The notes below the pieces were generated by a model that worked only from the letters and a program-made list of their open reading frames with translations, did not search any database and was not told the DNA's origin. Below are positions 56,233-64,000 of a stretch of DNA of 64,000 bases, one piece after another. Both the position numbers and the translations under genes were made by a program. The stretch is from Auanema rhodensis (taxonomy: Eukaryota; Animalia; Nematoda), in the NCBI GenBank assembly GCA_964057225.1, contig OZ059894.1, positions 186,001 to 250,000 on the forward strand, written 5' to 3'. Position 1 is the stretch's first letter. Each line of letters begins with the position of its first letter.

Positions 56233-58369
56233 ATATGGACATGGGGAATCTTATTTTGAAAACCGCATCTCTTTATCTTTCACGTGAAGCGAGTTACATA
56301 CCAAGTGCACATCACGTGTACATTTAATTAGCATAAATTAAAGTTCACGTAAATTTCAAAGTCATGGTTACCATGCACCAATATCAATAAAAATTTGTTT
56401 TTAGACTAATATGTACATGGGGAATTTTATTTTGAAAACCGCATCTCTTTATCTTTCACGTGAAGCGAGTTACATACCAAGTGCACATCACGTGTACATT
56501 TAATTAGCATAAATTAAAGTTCACGTAAATTTCAAAGTCATGGTTACCATGCACCAATATCAATAAAAATTTGTTTTTAGACTAATATGGACATGGGGGA
56601 TCTAATTTTGAAAACCGCATCTCTTTATCTTTCACGTGAAGCGAGTTACATACCAAGTGCACATCACGTGTACATTTAATTAGCATAAATTAAAGTTCAC
56701 GTAAATTTCAAAGTCATGGTTACCATGAACCAATATCAATGAAAATTTGTTTTTAGACTAATATGGACATGGGGAATCTAATTTTGAAAACCGCATCTCT
56801 TTATCTTTCACGTGAAGCGAGTTACATACCAAGTGCACATCACGTGTACATTTAATTAGCATAAATTAAAGTTCACGTAAATTTCAAAGTCATGGTTACC
56901 ATGAACCAATATCAATAAAAATTTGTGTTTAGACTAATATGGACATGGGGAATCTAATTTTGAAAACCGCATCTCTTTATCTTTCACGTGAAGCGAGTTA
57001 CATACCAAGTGCACATCACGTGTACATTTAATTAGCATAAATTAAAGTTCACGTAAATTTCAAAGACATGGTTACCATGAACCAATATCAATAAAAATTT
57101 GTTTTTAGACTAATATGGACATGGGGAATCTAATTTTGAAAACCGCATCTCTTTATCTTTCACGTGAAGCGAGTTACATACCAAGTGCACATCACGTGTA
57201 CATTTAATTAGCATAAATTAAAGTTCACGTAAATTTCAAAGTCATGGTTACCATGAACCAATATCAATAAAAATTTGTTTTTAGACTAATATGGACATGG
57301 GGAATCTAATTTTGAAAACCGCATCTCTTTATCTTTCACGTGAAGCGAGTTACATACCAAGTGCACATCACGTGTACATTTAATTAGCATAAATTAAAGT
57401 TCACGTAAATTTCAAAGACATGGTTACCATGAACCAATATCAATGAAAATTTGTTTTTAGACTAATATGGACATGGGGAATCTAATTTTGAAAACCGCAT
57501 CTCTTTATCTTTCACGTGAAGCGAGTTACATACCAAGTGCACATCACGTGTACATTTAATTAGCATAAATTAAAGTTCACGTAAATTTCAAAGTCATGGT
57601 TACCATGAACTAATATCAATAAAAATTTGTTTTTAGACTAATATGGACATGGGGAATCTAATTTTGAAAACCGCATCTCTTTATCTTTCACGTGAAGCGA
57701 GTTACATACCAAGTGCACATCACGTGTACATTTAATTAGCATAAATTAAAGTTCACGTAAATTTCAAAGTCATGGTTACCATGAACCAATATCAATAAAA
57801 ATTTGTTTTTAGACTAATATGGACATGGGGAATCTAATTTTGGAAACCGCATCTCTTTATCTTTCACGTGAAGCGAGTTACATACCAAGTGCACATCACG
57901 TGTACATTTAATTAGCATAAATCAAAGTTCACGTAAATTTCAAAGTCATGGTTACCATGAACCAATATCAATAAAAATTTGTTTTTAGACTAATATGGAC
58001 ATGGGGAATCTAATTTTGAAAACCGCATCTCTTTATCTTTCACGTGAAGCGAGTTACATACCAAGTGCACATCACGTGTACATTTAATTAGCATAAATCA
58101 AAGTTCACGTAAATTTCAAAGTCATGGTTACCATGAACCAATATCAATAAAAATTTGTTTTTAGACTAATATGGACATGGGGAATCTAATTTTGAAAACC
58201 GCATCTCTTTATCTTTCACGTGAACCGAGTTACATACCAAGTGCACATCACGTGTACATTTAATTAGCATAAATTAAAGTTCACGTAAATTTCAAAGTCA
58301 TGGTTACCATGAACCAATATCAATGAAAATTTGTTTTTAGACTAATATGTACATGGGGAATTTTATTTT

Positions 58370-60832
58370 GAAAACCGCATCTCTTTATCTTTCACGTGAA
58401 GCGAGTTACATACCAAGTGCACATCACGTGTACATTTAATTAGCATAAATTAAAGTTCACGTAAATTTCAAAGTCATGGTTACCATGAACTAATATCAAT
58501 AAAAATTTGTTTTTAGACTAATATGGACATGGGGAATCTAATTTTGAAAACCGCATCTCTTTATCTTTCACGTGAAGCGAGTTACATACCAAGTGCACAT
58601 CACGTGTACATTTAATTAGCATAAATTAAAGTTCACGTAAATTTCAAAGTCATGGTTACCATGAACCAATATCAATAACAATTTGTTTTTAGACTAATAT
58701 GGACATGGGGAATCTAATTTTGAAAACCGCATCTCTTTATCTTTCACGTGAAGCGAGTTACATACCAAGTGCACATCACGTGTACATTTAATTAGCATAA
58801 ATTAAAGTTCACGTAAATTTCAAAGTCATGGTTACCATGCACCAATATCAATAAAAATTTGTTTTTAGACTAATATGAACATGGGGAATCTAATTTTGAA
58901 AACCGCATCTCTTTATCTTTCACGTGAAGCGAGTTACATACCAAGTGCACATCACGTGTACATTTAATTAGCATAAATTAAAGTTCACGTAAATTTCAAA
59001 GACATGGTTACCATGAACCAATATCAATGAAAATTTGTTTTTAGACTAATATGGACATGGGGAATCTAATTTTGAAAACCGCATCTCTTTATCTTTCACG
59101 TGAAGCGAGTTACATACCAAGTGCACATCACGTGTACATTTAATTAGCATAAATTAAAGTTCACGTAAATTTCAAAGTCATGGTTACCATGCACCAATAT
59201 CAATAAAAATTTGTTTTTAGACTAATATGGACATGGGGAATCTTATTTTGAAAACCGCATCTCTTTATCTTTCACGTGAAGCGAGTTACATACCAAGTGC
59301 ACATCACGTGTACATTTAATTAGCATAAATTAAAGTTCACGTAAATTTCAAAGTCATGGTTACCATGCACCAATATCAATAAAAATTTGTTTTTAGACTA
59401 ATATGAACATGGGGAATCTAATTTTGAAAACCGCATCTCTTTATCTTTCACGTGAAGCGAGTTACATACCAAGTGCACATCACGTGTACATTTAATTAGC
59501 ATAAATTAAAGTTCACGTAAATTTCAAAGACATGGTTACCATGAACCAATATCAATGAAAATTTGTTTTTAGACTAATATGGACATGGGGAATCTAATTT
59601 TGAAAACCGCATCTCTTTATCTTTCACGTGAAGCGAGTTACATACCAAGTGCACATCACGTGTACATTTAATTAGCATAAATTAAAGTTCACGTAAATTT
59701 CAAAGTCATGGTTACCATGAACTAATATCAATAAAAATTTGTTTTTAGACTAATATGGACATGGGGAATCTAATTTTGAAAACCGCATCTCTTTATCTTT
59801 CACGTGAAGCGAGTTACATACCAAGTGCACATCACGTGTACATTTAATTAGCATAAATTAAAGTTCACGTAAATTTCAAAGTCATGGTTACCATGAACCA
59901 ATATCAATAACAATTTGTTTTTAGACTAATATGGACATGGGGAATCTAATTTTGAAAACCGCATCTCTTTATCTTTCACGTGAAGCGAGTTACATACCAA
60001 GTGCACATCACGTGTACATTTAATTAGCATAAATTAAAGTTCACGTAAATTTCAAAGTCATGGTTACCATGCACCAATATCAATAAAAATTTGTTTTTAG
60101 ACTAATATGAACATGGGGAATCTAATTTTGAAAACCGCATCTCTTTATCTTTCACGTGAAGCGAGTTACATACCAAGTGCACATCACGTGTACATTTAAT
60201 TAGCATAAATTAAAGTTCACGTAAATTTCAAAGACATGGTTACCATGAACCAATATCAATGAAAATTTGTTTTTAGACTAATATGGACATGGGGAATCTA
60301 ATTTTGAAAACCGCATCTCTTTATCTTTCACGTGAAGCGAGTTACATACCAAGTGCACATCACGTGTACATTTAATTAGCATAAATTAAAGTTCACGTAA
60401 ATTTCAAAGTCATGGTTACCATGCACCAATATCAATAAAAATTTGTTTTTAGACTAATATGGACATGGGGAATCTTATTTTGAAAACCGCATCTCTTTAT
60501 CTTTCACGTGAAGCGAGTTACATACCAAGTGCACATCACGTGTACATTTAATTAGCATAAATTAAAGTTCACGTAAATTTCAAAGTCATGGTTACCATGC
60601 ACCAATATCAATAAAAATTTGTTTTTAGACTAATATGAACATGGGGAATCTAATTTTGAAAACCGCATCTCTTTATCTTTCACGTGAAGCGAGTTACATA
60701 CCAAGTGCACATCACGTGTACATTTAATTAGCATAAATTAAAGTTCACGTAAATTTCAAAGACATGGTTACCATGAACCAATATCAATGAAAATTTGTTT
60801 TTAGACTAATATGGACATGGGGAATCTAATTT
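58370..60832 (+). repeat. Tandem duplication of a 7-monomer (1232-bp) block with internal 3-mer periodicity
   Basis: GAACTAAT (58491/59723), AATAACAAT (58679/59911) and ATGAACAT (58878/60110, 59406/60638) recur at +1232. ATGAACAT also recurs at +528 inside each copy. Confidence 0.88.
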
Positions 60833-61336
60833 TGAAAACCGCATCTCTTTATCTTTCACGTGAAGCGAGTTACATACCAAGTGCACATCACGTGTACATT
60901 TAATTAGCATAAATTAAAGTTCACGTAAATTTCAAAGTCATGGTTACCATGCACCAATATCAATAAAAATTTGTTTTTAGACTAATATGGACATGGGGAA
61001 TCTTATTTTGAAAACCGCATCTCTTTATCTTTCACGTGAAGCGAGTTACATACCAAGTGCACATCACGTGTACATTTAATTAGCATAAATTAAAGTTCAC
61101 GTAAATTTCAAAGTCATGGTTACCATGCACCAATATCAATAAAAATTTGTTTTTAGACTAATATGTACATGGGGAATTTTATTTTGAAAACCGCATCTCT
61201 TTATCTTTCACGTGAAGCGAGTTACATACCAAGTGCACAGCACGTGTACATTTAATTAGCATAAATTAAAGTTCACGTAAATTTCAAAGTCATGGTTACC
61301 ATGCACCAATATCAATAAAAATTTGTTTTTAGACTA

Positions 61337-63448
61337 ATATGGACATGGGGAATCTAATTTTGAAAACCGCATCTCTTTATCTTTCACGTGAAGCGAGTTA
61401 CATACCAAGTGCACATCACGTGTACATTTGATTAGCATTAATTAAAGTTCACGTAAATTTCAAAGTCATGGTTACCATGAACCAATATCAATAAAAATTT
61501 GTTTTTAGACTAATATGGACATGGGGAATCTAATTTTGAAAACCGCATCTCTTTATCTTTCACGTGAAGCGAGTTACATACCAAGTGCACATCACGTGTA
61601 CATTTAATTAGCATAAATTAAAGTTCACGTAAATTTCAAAGTCATGGTTACCATGAACCAATATCAATAAAAATTTGTTTTTAGACTAATATGGACATGG
61701 GGAATCTAATTTTGAAAACCGCATCTCTTTATCTTTCACGTGAAGCGAGTTACATACCAAGTGCACATCACGTGTACATTTAATTAGCATAAATTAAAGT
61801 TCACGTAAATTTCAAAGTCATGGTTACCATGCACCAATATCAATAAAAATTTGTTTTTAGACTAATATGGACATGGGGAATCTTATTTTGAAAACCGCAT
61901 CTCTTTATCTTTCACGTGAAGCGAGTTACATACCAAGTGCACATCACGTGTACATTTAATTAGCATAAATTAAAGTTCACGTAAATTTCAAAGTCATGGT
62001 TACCATGCACCAATATCAATAAAAATTTGTTTTTAGACTAATATGAACATGGGGAATCTAATTTTGAAAACCGCATCTCTTTATCTTTCACGTGAAGCGA
62101 GTTACATACCAAGTGCACATCACGTGTACATTTAATTAGCATAAATTAAAGTTCACGTAAATTTCAAAGACATGGTTACCATGAACCAATATGTATGAAA
62201 ATTTGTTTTTAGACTAATATGGACATGGGGAATCTAATTTTGAAAACCGCATCTCTTTATCTTTCACGTGAAGCGAGTTACATACCAAGTGCACATCACG
62301 TGTACATTTAATTAGCATAAATTAAAGTTCACGTAAATTTCAAAGTCATGGTTACCATGCACCAATATCAATAAAAATTTGTTTTTAGACTAATATGGAC
62401 ATGGGGAATCTAATTTTGAAAACCGCATCTCTTTATCTTTCACGTGAAGCGAGTTACATACCAAGTGCACATCACGTGTACATTTGATTAGCATTAATTA
62501 AAGTTCACGTAAATTTCAAAGTCATGGTTACCATGAACCAATATCAATAAAAATTTGTTTTTAGACTAATATGGACATGGGGAATCTAATTTTGAAAACC
62601 GCATCTCTTTATCTTTCACGTGAAGCGAGTTACATACCAAGTGCACATCACGTGTACATTTAATTAGCATAAATTAAAGTTCACGTAAATTTCAAAGTCA
62701 TGGTTACCATGAACCAATATCAATAAAAATTTGTTTTTAGACTAATATGGACATGGGGAATCTAATTTTGAAAACCGCATCTCTTTATCTTTCACGTGAA
62801 GCGAGTTACATACCAAGTGCACATCACGTGTACATTTAATTAGCATAAATTAAAGTTCACGTAAATTTCAAAGTCATGGTTACCATGCACCAATATCAAT
62901 AAAAATTTGTTTTTAGACTAATATGGACATGGGGAATCTTATTTTGAAAACCGCATCTCTTTATCTTTCACGTGAAGCGAGTTACATACCAAGTGCACAT
63001 CACGTGTACATTTAATTAGCATAAATTAAAGTTCACGTAAATTTCAAAGTCATGGTTACCATGCACCAATATCAATAAAAATTTGTTTTTAGACTAATAT
63101 GAACATGGGGAATCTAATTTTGAAAACCGCATCTCTTTATCTTTCACGTGAAGCGAGTTACATACCAAGTGCACATCACGTGTACATTTAATTAGCATAA
63201 ATTAAAGTTCACGTAAATTTCAAAGACATGGTTACCATGAACCAATATGTATGAAAATTTGTTTTTAGACTAATATGGACATGGGGAATCTAATTTTGAA
63301 AACCGCATCTCTTTATCTTTCACGTGAAGCGAGTTACATACCAAGTGCACATCACGTGTACATTTAATTAGCATAAATTAAAGTTCACGTAAATTTCAAA
63401 GTCATGGTTACCATGCACCAATATCAATAAAAATTTGTTTTTAGACTA
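61337..63448 (+). repeat. Tandem duplication of a 6-monomer (1056-bp) block
   Basis: TTTGATTAGCATTA (61430/62486), ATGAACAT (62046/63102) and ATATGTATG (62193/63249) recur at +1056. Confidence 0.92.
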
Positions 63449-64000
63449 ATATGGACATGGGGAATCTTATTTTGAAAACCGCATCTCTTTATCTTTCACG
63501 TGAAGCGAGTTACATACCAAGTGCACAACACGTGTACATTTAATTAGCATTAATTAAAGTTCACGTAAATTTCAAAGTCATGGTTACCATGAACCAATAT
63601 CAATAAAAATTTGTTTTTAGACTAATATGGACACGGGGAATCTAATTTTGAAAACCGCATCTCTTTATCTTTCACGTGAAGCGAGTTACATACCAAGTGC
63701 ACATCACGTGTACATTTAATTAGCATAAATTAAAGTTCACGTAAATTTCAAAGTCATGGTTACCATGAACTAATATCAATAAAAATTTGTTTTTAGACTA
63801 ATATGGACATGGGGAATCTAATTTTGAAAACCGCATCTCTTTATCTTTCACGTGAAGCGAGTTACATACCAAGTGCACATCACGTGTACATTTAATTAGC
63901 ATAAATTAAAGTTCACGTAAATTTCAAAGTCATGGTTACCATGAACCAATATCAATAAAAATTTGTTTTTAGACTAATATGGACATGGGGAATCTAATTT

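Larger units (their letters stand above)
1..64000 (+). repeat. Tandem satellite DNA array, 176-bp monomer, ~364 copies, candidate centromeric/pericentromeric satellite
   Basis: The monomer start ATATGGACATG recurs at 1, 177, 485 and 661, then at 969+176k (e.g. 1321, 3961, 6601 ... 62041, 63977). Consensus is 57/176 GC (~32%). Single orientation throughout. The array runs off both window ends. A centromeric role is inferred only from unit size and homogeneity. Confidence 0.99.

Noticed and set aside
1-64000. CRISPR array or other repeat-spacer system
   Set aside because: There are no unique spacers: the whole 176-bp unit is repeated. No cas or other genes are present.
1-64000. Embedded transposon, inversion, telomeric repeat, tRNA or 5S rDNA units
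   Set aside because: The 176-bp register is continuous from 969 to the end on one strand, leaving no room for insertions. The monomer shows no tRNA, 5S or telomere motifs.

Overview
The whole 64-kb window is one head-to-tail array of an AT-rich (~32% GC) 176-bp satellite monomer: about 364 units plus a 24-bp partial, all in one orientation. I found no genes, transposon insertions or unique sequence. Consensus (monomer positions 1-176): ATATGGACATGGGGAATCTAATTTTGAAAACCGCATCTCTTTATCTTTCACGTGAAGCGAGTTACATACCAAGTGCACATCACGTGTACATTTAATTAGCATAAATTAAAGTTCACGTAAATTTCAAAGTCATGGTTACCATGCACCAATATCAATAAAAATTTGTTTTTAGACTA. Monomers differ from it by only a few substitutions each. The only indels seen are two identical 44-bp CATG-to-CATG deletions (junctions 316-319 and 800-803). 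From 969 to the end the 176-bp register is unbroken. The nucleosome-sized unit and high homogeneity resemble a eukaryotic centromeric or pericentromeric satellite (inference); I cannot name the family or organism. Rare SNPs show nested higher-order structure: a 4-mer duplication, a 39/41-mer tandem duplication (~8.4-22.5 kb), a 77/85-mer tandem duplication (~26-54.5 kb), a 5-mer higher-order repeat (HOR, 52.7-56.2 kb), and 7-mer and 6-mer duplications in a distal domain with a different variant set. The monomer is rich in dyad symmetry, carries three regularly spaced TCACGT motifs, and shows a possible degenerate terminal-inverted-repeat layout whose ends coincide with the deletion breakpoints. 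All variant counts were made by eye.
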